From: Octopus vulgaris
Lineage: Eukaryota
Direction: 5' to 3'
Length of the DNA: 64,000 nt
Assembly (NCBI GenBank): GCA_951406725.2
Contig: OX597820.1
Coordinates: 29,450,001 to 29,514,000, forward strand
Position numbers and translations under genes: made by a program. The notes under the pieces were generated by a model. The model did not search any database. It saw nothing but the letters and a program-made list of their open reading frames with translations, and had not been told where the DNA came from. How positions within the stretch are numbered: the first letter of the stretch is position 1; each line of letters begins with the position of its first letter. This document shows positions 50,760-63,717 of the stretch, piece after piece.

Positions 50760-51858
50760 ATTTCAAAACACACACACATACACATGACATGCTTTTGTAA
50801 AGTCTCCATCAACCAGTTCCACTTACAAAGCATTGGCCAGTCCAAGACCATACATAGAAAAACCACATGCCTTCATTATTGCAAAACAAAATTCATAAAC
50901 ATACAGGCATGCTTGCACTTTTAACATATTATATATTTATATATTATGCTGGGATTGACCAACTGAAATCCTTGAGATATTCCATGTCGTTCATTGCAAA
51001 GTTTTCATCGATATTTTGATTTAAAGATAAACGCATTGGAATGGACAGTCTCAAGTGGGTTGGCATTAAAAGTGTTAAACCATTGCAATTCCATGCTGTA
51101 ACAATGAAAGGTGTTGCAAATATATTTAGATAAATGGATACAATGAACTACGTAATAGACAAGCTTCTAGCTGCAAGGTCATAAGTTTAAATTTCCTTTC
51201 AGTATATATTGTATTGTTGTTCACTCCCAGTTCAGACCTGATGGAGCAGATATATGACCAAAGGCATTACAGTTGTGACCATACAATATTTTTGTTTGTT
51301 TGTTTTTGCTCTTTTTTGCTTTGTTGTGTGTTTTTTTTTCATCACCCACACACTTGAGAGAGAGAGAGAGAGAGAAAGATTCAGCTGTGATCAGACCAAA
51401 GAGTGATTGGCCCTGCCAGGTTTCACTTATCCAAGACATGCCATTTGTCATTTCAGTGCCTTTACAATTTCATCATGAATTGAGGGCCCTGGCCTGACAT
51501 ATATGCTACTGACATATGTGTATTAGAGAGAGAGAGAGAGAATGAGAGAGAAACAATGGTTCAAATAAGCAGATAAAACCTTGGGCTTTAATGTACAAAA
51601 TATATATATATATATATAAAAAGAGAGGGCATGTACATATATTTATATACATGTATATATATTTTGTGCATTAAAATCCAAGATTTTATTTGTTTATTTG
51701 AATCATTGTCTCCATTTCTACTCATTTGGATTTCCCTTATAGCTACACTTCACCCTGCAGACCTGGTCCATGGGAAACTATCAGAATGCAAGTGTTCAAA
51801 TCATTTGAGCACTACAAAGTGTTTTCTATATTGAGATTCTCTTGAGCTCATCTGTTGA

Positions 51859-51907
<49 letters not shown>

Positions 51908-51908
51908 A

Positions 51909-51943
<35 letters not shown>

Positions 51944-53798
51944 CATATTTATTGGAAGGTTTGGAGATGATGTACAGGTATTATATATTAGAAGAAATGA
52001 GGTACTCAGAAAATCGGATGGTTTATATTTACAGATATTTATTTGTAAATATATTTCTTCTAATATATTTACATATATATATATATATATATATACAACA
52101 ACAATTGTATATATACTATTTCCTGACTATTTCCTCTTTCTCACTAGACCGCTGGTGGCAAAATAATTTCTATTGAATTTTTTGCTACCCTAAATTGATT
52201 AATTATATATATATACATATATCGTATCTAGCACTTCATTATCCAGTGTGTCTGTTTTAAGGTGGTAGGCTGTGATATGAGGAAGATGTGACTGCCATTT
52301 CTCACATAATAAGCAACTATTTATATTAATGTGTGTACATATATATATATATACCTATGTATGTAGTAAGTCCAATAAGTGGGGCTTTGGCTTTGTAGGT
52401 TTGTCAGTTCAGTGCTGTAACTCAACGAAACCGAGATCAATTGTGCTTCTTCAGTAGCTCTAAACAGGGCAGCTTTCAATGTGTGCCTCTCTCCAGCCTG
52501 AAGATGGATGCTAAAAAAAGAACATATTTAGTTCTCATACTACTACTATATTGTATACCACCAAACTTGGTGGTATAACACCCAAGGTACCTTAGCTTTT
52601 GAGGTACCTTAACCATCCGGGAGCATTGCAATCCAGACTGTAACACAGAATGCAGCAGAAGAGGGGTATCCAAAAGTCATGACCTGGATGCAGCCCTCAC
52701 CTTTTGGAGTGTAAGGAGTTAGGGCTGAAACACTTGTAAAAGAAGAGCCTCTTCTCTGATGACCTTCTACTGTTCAGCTCCCCTAAGTTTTTTACTGCCT
52801 ATAACAACCTCTTCTCCTTTAGCTGGTGTCATGTCACCAGCACTCAGTCATTTTCAATCCATTCGTCTTCCCTATTGCATTCATATCTGGATCCTACACT
52901 AATCACTAACTGCAGTCCATCTTCTCTAGAATGTCAGCTCTCTGCCTTCCACTCCCTATGCATATCCTGCTTGTAACCCGTGTTGGTCTCACTGGGTGTT
53001 AGAAGATCTGTGGGAAGGCCATCAGCTCAGCTACTTCATTAAAACAGATTTGGTACTATTAAACCACTGAAATAAATAATCAAATAAATTCATATTGATT
53101 GGCTTGTTTCTTTTGTTAATTACCACCTTCAACTATTGAGGCTACCGGGCAGACTGTATATATTTCGAATATTCTACATTATTATTATATCAATAATGCT
53201 TTATAATGTTCCTTAACCTTTTATAACCCTTTTATTTTCTCTTCATTAGAAATAACGAACTTCAGGAAAATAAGAAAATAAAAAAATTATGCAAATATTT
53301 AAAGATGTTCAGTACCGTTCGATTTTTGATAACTTGCAAACAAAAGAGACAGAATCACTATTTATTAAAAACATAGAAAAGAAATATATAATAAATATAT
53401 AAAACGAAGTAAAAATGAAATAAAAAGTCCTTCATTTGGCAATATAAAGACATAGTATCTTTAAACTTCTCAAGGTTGCTATTTAAATGGAAGTACTTCT
53501 GAGGCTAGAGAAATATTGATTGAGCTGAATTATTTTATGGTACGACAACTGCTAGTTCCACCTCATTAATCAACATCAGAAAGATGTGTTAGGATAAAAA
53601 GCCTGGTTTATAAGTCTACTTTCTATAATTGGGAATTGTGTACGTTGCCAACAAAATTGCTATCTTAACCTTACGATTTTAGCAATTTGAACTACTGCTT
53701 CTATTCTCATGTTGCTGATTTTATGAAAAGGCTATGGGCCTTCTCACAGGCCCCTCTGATACCAGTGAGGTCAATATGTTGATGGTTATAAGAAGCCT

Positions 53799-54019
53799 TT
53801 AAGGCGGCGAGCTGGCAGAAACGTTAGCGCGCCGGGCGAAATGCCTAGCCGTATTTCGTCTGCTGTTACGTCCTGAGTTCAAATTCCACCGAGGTCGACT
53901 TTGCCTTTCATCCTTTCGGGGTCGATAAACTAAGTACTAGTTATGCTCTGGGGTTGATGTAATCGACTTAATCAGTTTGTCCCCTCTGTATGTAGCCCCT
54001 TGTGGGTAGTAAAGAAATA
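53799..54019 (+). mobile_element. Young full-length SINE-B
   Basis: Perfect 15-bp TSD ggttataagaagcct at 53784-53798 and 54020-54034. Confidence 0.95.
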
Positions 54020-55359
54020 GGTTATAAGAAGCCTATGTGCCAGCAAGGAATGCCAGTGGGATTGGCATTCTGATAAGAAAGGACTGGGGGTTATTGGTTA
54101 CTTTTAGAATCATGTATCCTTTGGAACGTCTTAACCCTTTTACTTTCCTGAGACCAACCCTGATTCTTTGATATAAACTTCCTGATTTAAACTGATCTAA
54201 ATTAAAATTCCACCATCAAAATTTCATGTTATGTTCCAAACACCAACAGAATAAGGACAGTTATTTTTATACATTTTTCATTATTAATTAATTGAAATGA
54301 GCATAGTGTATATGAACAGAAATATGGTTAACGAAAGAGTGAAACTGTCCTGTTTTTGCTTCTTTTTTTTTTTTTACGTTTTTGAGTTTGTTTTTTTTAT
54401 TTCATATAATTTCATATTACATTAATGTCTGTGTCATTCTGTTAAATTCATCACTTCTTAGCAATACTTCTTGTTCTTTTGTTTTCTTCTTTATTTGATT
54501 TTCTTTGTTAGAACATTATTTTTGAGTTTTTTTCCCCATACGCTCCTAGTCTTAGAAACAAGGATAACACAATAGAATTATTTTTTCTCAATTAACTTGA
54601 CCATTTGAGAGTAAAGATTTGCTTTGTTTTTGCAATAATATTTCAAGCAATTTTTCATTTTGATCATTTTGATCTCTGATCATCATCAGATGTATGGGAA
54701 AAGACATTTATTCTAAGATGCTATGGACCTCATGATTAGCATAACCGAATAGTTAAGAAGTTCATGTTGTAATTACAAGGTCACAGGTTCAAACTTATTG
54801 CATGGCATTTTTGACTTGCATCTTTTTTTTTTTTTCTACTATTGCCTGAGATCAACCAAAGTTTACAACTTTGAGTAAAACTGTGAAGAAGCCTATCGAC
54901 TGGATCATTACTGTAATCCAAATATACAGCCTTGTCGCACACACTGTCATGCTGATTCTATATGAGAACTATATACTAAGTGTACATGTGTCTGGGAATA
55001 CTCAACCACTTACATATTAATTCAATGAGCAGATAATTCTATTGATCAAATAACTGAATCCTCATCACTGAATTTGACAGAGATCAGTTTCCACTTTTGT
55101 TATTTCTTGTAAACAACTGGATGGAAGTTAGTAACATTAATGTTCAGTTTGAATTGTTGTAGGTTGTGAAAATGTGGCCAGTCACTATTCCTGGGGGTGT
55201 AGCCTAAAAGAAGAAAAATTAAAGCTTTTTAGCTACATTAAATGGGTTTATGGATTTTTTTTTCTTTTCAGTTATGAGAATTGCAAGCCAATATTGTAGT
55301 GATATAAAATTCAGAGAGCATAGGTCAAAAGTAAATTAGTCTTCACTAAGTATTTGTGA

Positions 55360-55612
55360 AGTGGAGGGCGCATGGCTTAGTGGTTAGGGTGTCAGTATCA
55401 TGATCGGAAGATTGTGGTTTCGATTCCAGGACCGGGCGACACGTTGTGTTCTTGAGCAAAACACTTCATTTCACATTGCTCCAGTCAACACAGCAGGCAA
55501 AAATGAGTAACGCTGTGATGGACTGGCGTCCTGTCCAGCTGGGTAACACATACGCCATAGGAACCAGGAAACCAGGTCCATGAGCCTGACTAGGCTTTAA
55601 AAGGGCGCATTT
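55360..55612 (+). mobile_element. SINE-D subfamily, full length
   Basis: gtggagggcgcatggcttagtggttaggg A box, gtttcgattcc B box, cttgagcaaaacacttcatttcac core. Confidence 0.8.
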
Positions 55613-56147
55613 ATTATTTTTTTTAAGTCTTTGTGAAAAAAGATTTGCTTATTAGAAGGTCCATACCAAGAGCAAGGGTCCAAGTAAGACAAGTGCAATG
55701 GGCCTAAAGTTTTGAGAGAACCTTCTCCTGTCAGTTAAAAGCAAATTGAAGACCTTTTGTTATAGAATTTTTTTTTTTTTTATTAATTGTTCTAATCCTT
55801 TTTTTGATTCTGTTCTGTTACATGTACTTATATTTTGTACATGGCATGCACATGTCGAACCCTGCAACCTATACATAAATTATGTTTAGCACTTCTAAAA
55901 TGCCTGTGAAGGCACATGGCTAGGCTGGGCTCCTGATCATGGATCAGTGCATTAGGTCTTTTTGAGCAAGACATTTTATTTCACATTGCTATAGTCAACT
56001 TGGCTGAAAATTTGTACTAATAAAATGCTGATGCAGCCCTCTCTGTCTCACCAGCCATCATGCCCTGGATGTGATAACTGGAGTCTCTCTACAGGGTCAA
56101 AGGTAGAAAGGGCCAAGAGGGTATCTATGACTACTCACAACTATATA

Positions 56148-56628
56148 CCGTAAATCCTCAAGTATAGTCCACCCTTGAGTATAATATGTAGGGAATTTTT
56201 AGGGGGTTGTACCTCTGAAAAACCTAAACCATGTGTATAATACGCACCCCTTCTCTAACTTGAGTCAAGGAGGTCTATATAACGTCCTTGATTTGTAAAA
56301 AAATATACGGTAACGTCCTTTATTATTATTGTATATATAACATAATGCAAACATGTAGCTTTTTTTGTGCATTTTGTTTGCAGAAAATAAAGAAATAACA
56401 GTAATAACGTTTAATAAATGTTGCTAACTGCAATTTATGGATGATTTAAGGTATTTTTGCGCCTGACATCACAAAATGCATCTGAATAAACATTGCCGGA
56501 CAGCAAATAGAGACTCGGACATTGCTTAGAAAATAACTTTCATTTTTAACCTCGTATATAGTACGTGCTAGGGATTTTGACCTTTAAATTTTGGGGAAAA
56601 AATGCAGATTATACTCGAGGATTTACAG
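56148..56628. mobile_element. pogo/Tigger-type MITE, second copy
   Basis: TA|ccgtaaatcctcaagtata ... tatactcgaggatttacag|TA. Confidence 0.85.
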
Positions 56629-57699
56629 TAGGTGTCAAAAACAATTAGTAAACACTTAGTATATGCTACCAAATTATATTTACTCATGAGTGATGACTGT
56701 GACTTTACTAAAATATTTGAGGAAGAGTATCAGATTGGGCCTAAATTTTACATCTGACTGCAGTCTATCACCAACTTTTCACAGTTCTGTCCATTAAGTT
56801 TACAGTATGTGATGAATACTTATTGTTAAGCAGTTATAATCAATCTCATCACAGTCATACTAATTTGGATCACTACTTCCCATATGGGTTTTCCATAGAG
56901 TAAGTTACAGACGTGTCAGTGACAGTTCAAAACTAGCAAGACCTGGAAGAGGAAAGCCCTCCCTCAGGGACAGCCTAGAGTTAAGAACAACGGGAGGAGA
57001 AAATCCATTGATGGTCTATGCTTCATACAGAGCAAAGAGATTAAAGTAAGTAATATTGTCTGATGCTCTAGCAGTGCTGCAAATCTGCCACTCTAGCTTG
57101 TATGTTTTATCACATGCACACACAAATAAATAGCCAAATTGACCTCAGCAGGATTTGAATTTTTGTAACGTAATATGTTACGTACAATAAATAAGATAAT
57201 CGGACAACAGTAAAATCAATGTAACAAACTAACAAATCTCTTTATGAACCAACAATCAATATTCCTTGTGAACTAACCAACTGACACCTTCCAACTTCAC
57301 TGCAAACTAACACGAACTTCACTCGACCCTGAACTCTGAACCTCTAATTCACTCGGATTCCCTGATATTATTTATACTTTACTCAGACCAGTCTATCTCT
57401 TGCAAGGGAGCATCATAACTCTCATTGCAATATCTCCCCTTTTGAAATTTGACTACTGTGAGAAAGTAGAATTTCTTTTATATTTTTTTCTTTCCAGCAC
57501 CTCTCCCTTTTTCCTTTTTTTTTAACTGTTGCATCTTAATTGTTACCCAACTTTACTTTTAAGATAGTATTGTTTGTTGCACACAGCACTTTTTCTTTTT
57601 GTTGTGATATTAGTCTACATTTCACCTATGAAATGTTATTTGTTGCTCATCACGCTATGAGCAGACTTAACTGCTTTTCTCAACATAGGTTTCCCTATT

Positions 57700-59258
57700 T
57701 TGTTCCATCATCCTTGTGTCCATATTTATTATTAAAATATCACTTCCAGTATCCAACTGAAGTTTAAGATGTATTCCATTTATTTTTACATGTACGAATT
57801 TTCTTATTTGGGAGTCAATTCTTGTTTCTGCTGAGAGCACTCTAGAATTTTTGACATTTGACCTTTGTAATTTTGTTCTGCTGTGGGAACTCTTGTGACC
57901 AATTCTTTTGCAACTATAACATTTTTTTATTTTTAAATGGATAGTTTTTTTTTTTTCTGAAATGTATCCCCCCACACACACACACATAACATGGACTAAG
58001 ATGTGGCACTCTTTTTTGGTCGTACTTTTCCAGTCGGCATTTCTGTATTTTTGAGGAATCATTTTCTTGAATTTTTTCTACATTGTATTTCAGGTTTACC
58101 ATCCTTTGGCATTCTTCTGCCACAGACTGTAAGGTTAGATCTTGGTTCATTTGTTCCAATTTAGAAAGAATTCTTGCCCAAATTTCTATATCTTCGCTTG
58201 CTGTAAGGCCTTGTATGCAAATAAGACACCTGAACATCACAAGTGTATGTTCTTTGAGTTGAAAACTGTTACACATCCTGTTGACTGTTCCTACATATGT
58301 GATAAAATCATCATTCTCTTTTTTCATTATATTCCAACATTCCATTCAAGTGTTAAATAGAGAAGTTTTATCACTGAATATGTTAGAAGGTAATTCTATA
58401 GTTTCTTCAAAACAAATTTCATTGGTTATTTTGGGCAGTATAAAATAACAGTAACATACATGCTCTAATGGAGCTAATTTTCACAATAACAATCTCACTC
58501 TTTGTTCATCCACCCAAGACTTGCAATCTTGCTCAAAAGTCTCCTTGTACATTCTGTAGTACAATGCAAAAGTTATCCCCTCCTTTGGGTTATAACTGAA
58601 TTCGTTAATCGAGTTTGGAATGCCATCTGGCAAAAACAAACTTACCTCATTTTTGGACATCTTTGAATATAGCTCCAATAATTATTGTTGTCGTCTTCTT
58701 CTTCCAATCAGGACTCACGCCATTAGCCACAAAGAATAATCTCTAATTCGAGCCTACTCTAAGCTACTAAGAATGCGTTTGGCGACCTGAAGATCCACCC
58801 ACCACACGTGATAGACTGGCGGTTGCACAGGCACGAAAGCTACGTTGTTATCCTCATTCCGTAAACAGTGGCTTTTAATGAGTGGAGAGCTGGACCATCC
58901 TGGGGTACAGAGGATTCACAATCTAGAATAGCGTATGAAAGTTTATCACACCATAGTGGGTTACACCATGGTTTCTCTGCTTTGTGGCAGAAGTAGGAAG
59001 GAAGAGTGAGAGAAAGTTGTGGTGAAAGAGTACAGCAGGGTTCACCACTCTACCCCGCTGGAGCCTCATAGAGCTTAGGTGTTTTTGCTCAATAAACACT
59101 CACAATGCCCGGTCTGGGAATCGAAACCACATTCTTACAACTGCGAGTCCACTGCCCTAACCACTGGGCCATTGTACCTCCACTTGTTGTTGCTGTAAAA
59201 GTTTCTGCTCTTGTTGTTGCTTTGGCAACTGTGCTATGGAAGCTAAGAGGTCTTCCAT
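57700..59258 (-). pseudogene. Disrupted gag-protease of the Gypsy element
   Basis: MEDLLASIAQLPKQQQEQ...FSYNPKEGITF...RVRLLL...FRCLICIQGL..EIWARILSKLEQ...LTLQSVAEECQRMVNLK...VKINGIHLKLQLDTGSDI; stops, frameshifts, SINE insertion. Confidence 0.85.
58692..59183 (-). mobile_element. tRNA-derived SINE inserted in gag
   Basis: Minus head gtggaggtacaatggcccagtggttaggg...gtttcgattccc; (GAA)n tail; TSD ttgttgt at 58685-58691 and 59184-59190. Confidence 0.8.
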
Positions 59259-60783
59259 TATTTAGCAAGTTGTATCATGAACAAATTGTAAATTTCATCT
59301 ACATGAGCTTCGAAACCCTCATCGTCTGATGTTGTAATGTAATTTGTTAACTGACCTGTGTGAGCGTCGAATCCTTGTCGCCAGATGTTGTAACGTAATT
59401 TGTTACATACAAATAAATAAGATAACCAGACAACAGTAAAAACAATGTAATGAACTAATAAATCTTTTTACGAACCAACAATCAATACTCCTTGTGAACT
59501 AACCAACCTTCTGACTTAACTGCAAACTAACACAAACTTCACTCAACTCCAAACTCTGAACCTGTAACACACTTGGATTGTTGCTATTTATAATTCACTT
59601 GGACCAGTCTATCTCTCGCAAGGGAGCATTGTAACTCTCATCACAACAGAGATCAAAACACAGTGTTGGAACCTATACCATAAAGTATTCTATTCAACAC
59701 ACTCACAATTCTGTCACTTCACCCACTACCTTCACTGGTTATCCTCTCCCCTCCCTGGATAAATAAAATATCAAAAGCTAAGTGAGGACTTCTAAGGGCA
59801 ACCTTTGTACCAGCAGCCTACCTAAGCTCATGTTACATAGGTAAAAAATTACATATGATTGTCCAAGCTGAACAATAGAAAATTATCCAAAACTAACAGC
59901 GGCTGGCTTAATCACCCGGATATTGGTTTTAAAAAATATAATGTTTTAAAATGGATATTAGCTGATTTAAAAAGCAATTTTATTTTTAATTTACTCCCAA
60001 TTTCCTTTTAGAATTATTTCTCTTTCTATTTCCAAATACTAATTGGTCTTCTTTATCAAACTTGGCTGTAATTTCAGATATCTCTTGGCAATAAATAGCA
60101 AAGAATATTTTCAAAACTAAGTCAAATTTCTAATTACAAAACTGTTAAAGTAGTGTGTGGTGGTGACAGTGATGTGGGGTGTCATAGTGAGTCATGTAGG
60201 ATTTTTTTGTTGTTGTTTTTCTTCCAGTATCTGATTAGAATGGAGATAACTAATTATTGTATGTGTGTATGCATGTTGGTAATGAGGATATCTTCCTGGT
60301 TCATTGGAGTATGTTTTGAGTGGTTAATTATCTAATTTAGCTGATATGATGTTTTAATCCTGTACTGGAATAAACATGTTTATTGCTTCAGATATTTGGG
60401 GATTTTTTTTTACTTTCTTTTTTAATAAAGCAACTTTGTTTTTTCCTTTTCTTCCTCTTTTTCATTTTCATCCATTGGAAACCATTTTTTTTTTCTTTTA
60501 CTCTTTGACAAACTCTTTTCTTTATGTTACATACAATCTTCAAATTAAGAACATTTTTCAGTTTTAAGTTAATAATTTTTCAGACTAGTAACTTCGCTTT
60601 GAGCGATGAATCATGTCTTGCAAACTTTGCATCTCTATTACATTTCATTCTACTTGATCCCCAATCAACATACAGTGTATTATTTCTGTACATGTTACAT
60701 GGTCCCAAATTAGATACAAGCAAAGAACCTTTATTCTTAAGATACCCATTGACATCCAAAAATGAAACCAATAGAAACAGTAT

Positions 60784-61181
60784 TCTTTTACTTGTTTCAG
60801 TCATTTGACTGTGGCCATGCTGGAGCACCGCCTTTAGTCGAGCAAATCGACCCCAGGACTTATTCTTTGGAAGCCTAGTACTTATTCTTTCGGTTTTTTT
60901 TGCCGTATCGCTAAGTTACAGGGACGTAAACACACCACCATCAGTTGTCAAGTGATGTTGTAGGGGACAAACACAGACACACAAACATATACACATACAT
61001 ATATATATACATATATACGACGGGCTTCTTTCAGTTTCCGTCTACCAAATCCACTCACAAGGCTTTGGTCGGCCCAAGGCTATAGTAGAAGACACTTGCC
61101 TAAGGTGCCACGCAGTGGGAATGAACCTGGAACCATGTGATTGGTAAGCAAGCTACTTACCACACAGCCATTCCTGTGCCT
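60784..61181 (-). mobile_element. SINE-A, full length, young
   Basis: Close reverse complement of 7712-8122 and 26231-26646. Confidence 0.9.
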
Positions 61182-62036
61182 ATATGAATATATAGAACTG
61201 AATATTTTAAAAGGTGTTTCATTTGTTTAGTTTTTCTTTAAATATGAAGTTGATCTTGCTATGAATGGATTTCTAATAAAATACTCAGCTTATGTGTTTC
61301 AATTAAGCCTTGATAATTAATTAAAGTTATTGAGGGATTTGATAAAATAACTAACTTTCTCATTACAATAAGCGTAACTTCACGAAAAGTTTTTCACATA
61401 GAGTTATAATGGGTGCCTTATATTAGACACAAACTCTTTAAAATGGACAGCTTCGTATGAATAGAACTAGCGTTCTCAGCTGGATTGATACTGAGAATTA
61501 ACGGTTCAAAAAAATAATCTTAACACTTTTGTTATGATATTTGTTGAAATACACTATCTCTGTTTCTGTTAATTCTGAAAATAATGCAGTTTAGTAAAAG
61601 GACTTTGTTGTTATAACGCTGGTGTTTAGAGCATAAATTAATGTGGAAAGTTTTGATGGAAGGTTTTAATATAGATCGATTTAAAACAAGAGGTTTGTAG
61701 CATAGAACCAGAAGCAATCTCAAGGGAGTTTGGTACCAAAAAAAAAGGATTTACAACTCGTGCATCTAGTTGGGTTTTTTTTTGTTTTGTTTTGTTTTTT
61801 TTTTGCTGTTTATATAAAACAAAGTGGGCATTGAATATTACACTTTCATAGCATTTACCTAATTAATGCTGATGCCTGCCTATATCAGTGCACTATCATG
61901 AACTTTTACTAAATTCATTAGGAAGGCAATAATTTTTTTTTCTTTCTATTTTTGCATTGTTATTCAATGCTAACACATGTGATGGATTGTTTTTATAGCT
62001 TTTGTACTTTTATTAGATTTTATTATTATCACCATT

Positions 62037-62182
62037 AAAGTGGCAAGCTGCCAGAATCATTACCATGCCAGGCAAAATGCTTAGCAGTATTCTGTCTGAT
62101 TTTACATTCTGAGTTCAAATTCTGCCGGGGTCCACTTAGCCTTTCATTCTTCCGGAGTTGATAAAATAAGTACAAGTTGAAC
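62037..62182 (+). mobile_element. SINE-B copy (others at about 48775-48970 and 62940-63050)
   Basis: SINE-B head and core. Confidence 0.75.
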
Positions 62183-63717
62183 ACATCATTATCATTGGAT
62201 TCACTTCCTACTGCTAACCAATGTAAGGTAGGAATGGAATCTATTGTCAGTCAAGCAAACATTGGCAGCATAACTATATCTGCAATTTAGTACTGTTTAT
62301 GTGTGTCTGTGTGTCCAATTTCATTTCCCCATATCTTTCTTAATGAAGCATTTTACTGAAATTTTACAGATGTATTTTTGAAAGTGATCACCGTTTTCAT
62401 TAAATGTCAAAGTTCCATGCTAGCGTGGGTTACATTGTTTGACAGGTGGATCTAAGGACTGCATTGTGCTCCAATGACTGCCTTGGCATGGTCTCTATAG
62501 CTGGATACCCTTCCTAATGCCAACCACTTGTGAGAGGCTAGATCTGGCAGGATATGGCCAGTTTAAATGTTAAAGGGTTAATGATTAAAACCTTATGAAC
62601 TCTTCTTTCCTTTCCTCATCATTATCAACTCAATGTCCATTTTTATATGCTTGCACGGATCAGATAGAACTTATCATATTTATCATACTCATCATCATCA
62701 TCATTGTTTTACATATGCTTTCCTTGCTGACATGATCTGAATGGGTCACTACATCACATTTTCATAGGGGGTTGGAGGGGGGGTTACTGCTCACCTAAGT
62801 GGATCAGAGGACTGCATCTAGCTCTCTGTATCCAGTTCTGTGTAACAGAATTATGAATAATACATGTATCACGAAGGATTTTCTCTTAAAGCCTTAAATT
62901 ATATTCCTAAAAATTCATGACCTACCTTTTGAGAACCTCTGCTTTGTATTCCAAGTTCAAAGTTTGCCTTTCATCCTTTTTGGAGCAGTTTGTGAAATAA
63001 GTACCAGTTATACGCTAAGGTCAATTCAATGAACTATATCTTCCACTTTAAAGGGGTTTTTGTTTCCTTTTGTTTTTTATTTTGTTTTGTTGTTGTTTTG
63101 ATTTTTTGTTTTTGTTTTTTTCTCCTGATCAAAGGAACTTTCTATTGATCTGTCATAAACATTGCTTTTCCAGTTAGCTGGTGATGGAATAATCTCTGAA
63201 TGATCTATCTCTTGAAAACGGCACAAAAGAAAAAGCCAAAAAAAAAAAATGCTATTCAGTTGCTTCTGTTCTTGCATTGTTGCAACCAAGTTGTGATGTA
63301 TAAGTAACAGCAGCAGTCACTGCCATACACAGTGTTGTTGTTGTTGTTATTGTTTTCATTTTAACACTACATACTCCAAGAAAGATGAAATAAATAACTC
63401 TGCAATAAACAAGCTAACAAAAGGAACCTCTAGGTGTTGTTGAGCTAACCAGAAATAGCAGTCAAATCTCCCTTAAATCTCAAAGATATAAGACTAAAAA
63501 AAAAAAGCCTTCAGTAAAGAAACCAACAGGGAAGCATCTATGAGGTTACTGAGTCAGCCAGAAATGACAGTCAAATCTCTCTTAAATCACACTCTACAAT
63601 CTTAAAAATAAACAAAAAAAATAAAGCCACACGAGTGGATTTGGTAGACAGAACCTGAAAGAAGCCTGTTGTGTGTGTGTGTGTGTGTGCACTCGTATTT
63701 GACATAACGTACTGGTT

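Larger units (their letters stand above)
57161..59648 (-). mobile_element. Non-autonomous Gypsy (Mag/K02A2.6-like) LTR retrotransposon retaining gag and protease only
   Basis: LTRs 57161-57432 and 59386-59648 (TG...CA intact on right copy); PBS TGGCGACAAGGAT (minus, 59371-59383) resembling tRNA-Ser(GCU) 3' end; PPT AGGGGAGA (57433-57440). Confidence 0.9.

Noticed and set aside
51700-52200. Several + strand acceptor-like sites as the next ArfGAP1 exon
   Set aside because: None encodes a VKEG/ALPS2-like peptide or has a good donor.
52370-53040. Higher-GC block possibly from a LINE 5' region
   Set aside because: No diagnostic motif or termini could be identified by eye.
60524-60828. Overlapping 94-aa and 82-aa ORFs
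   Set aside because: No recognisable domain or splice donor; they run into SINE-A.
192-63289. Most ORFs in the supplied track (YIYI, THTH, CVCV, poly-I/V/T, and SFSFRLPNPLTR-type peptides)
   Set aside because: They are translations of microsatellites or of recurring SINE/LINE-tail sequence, not genes.
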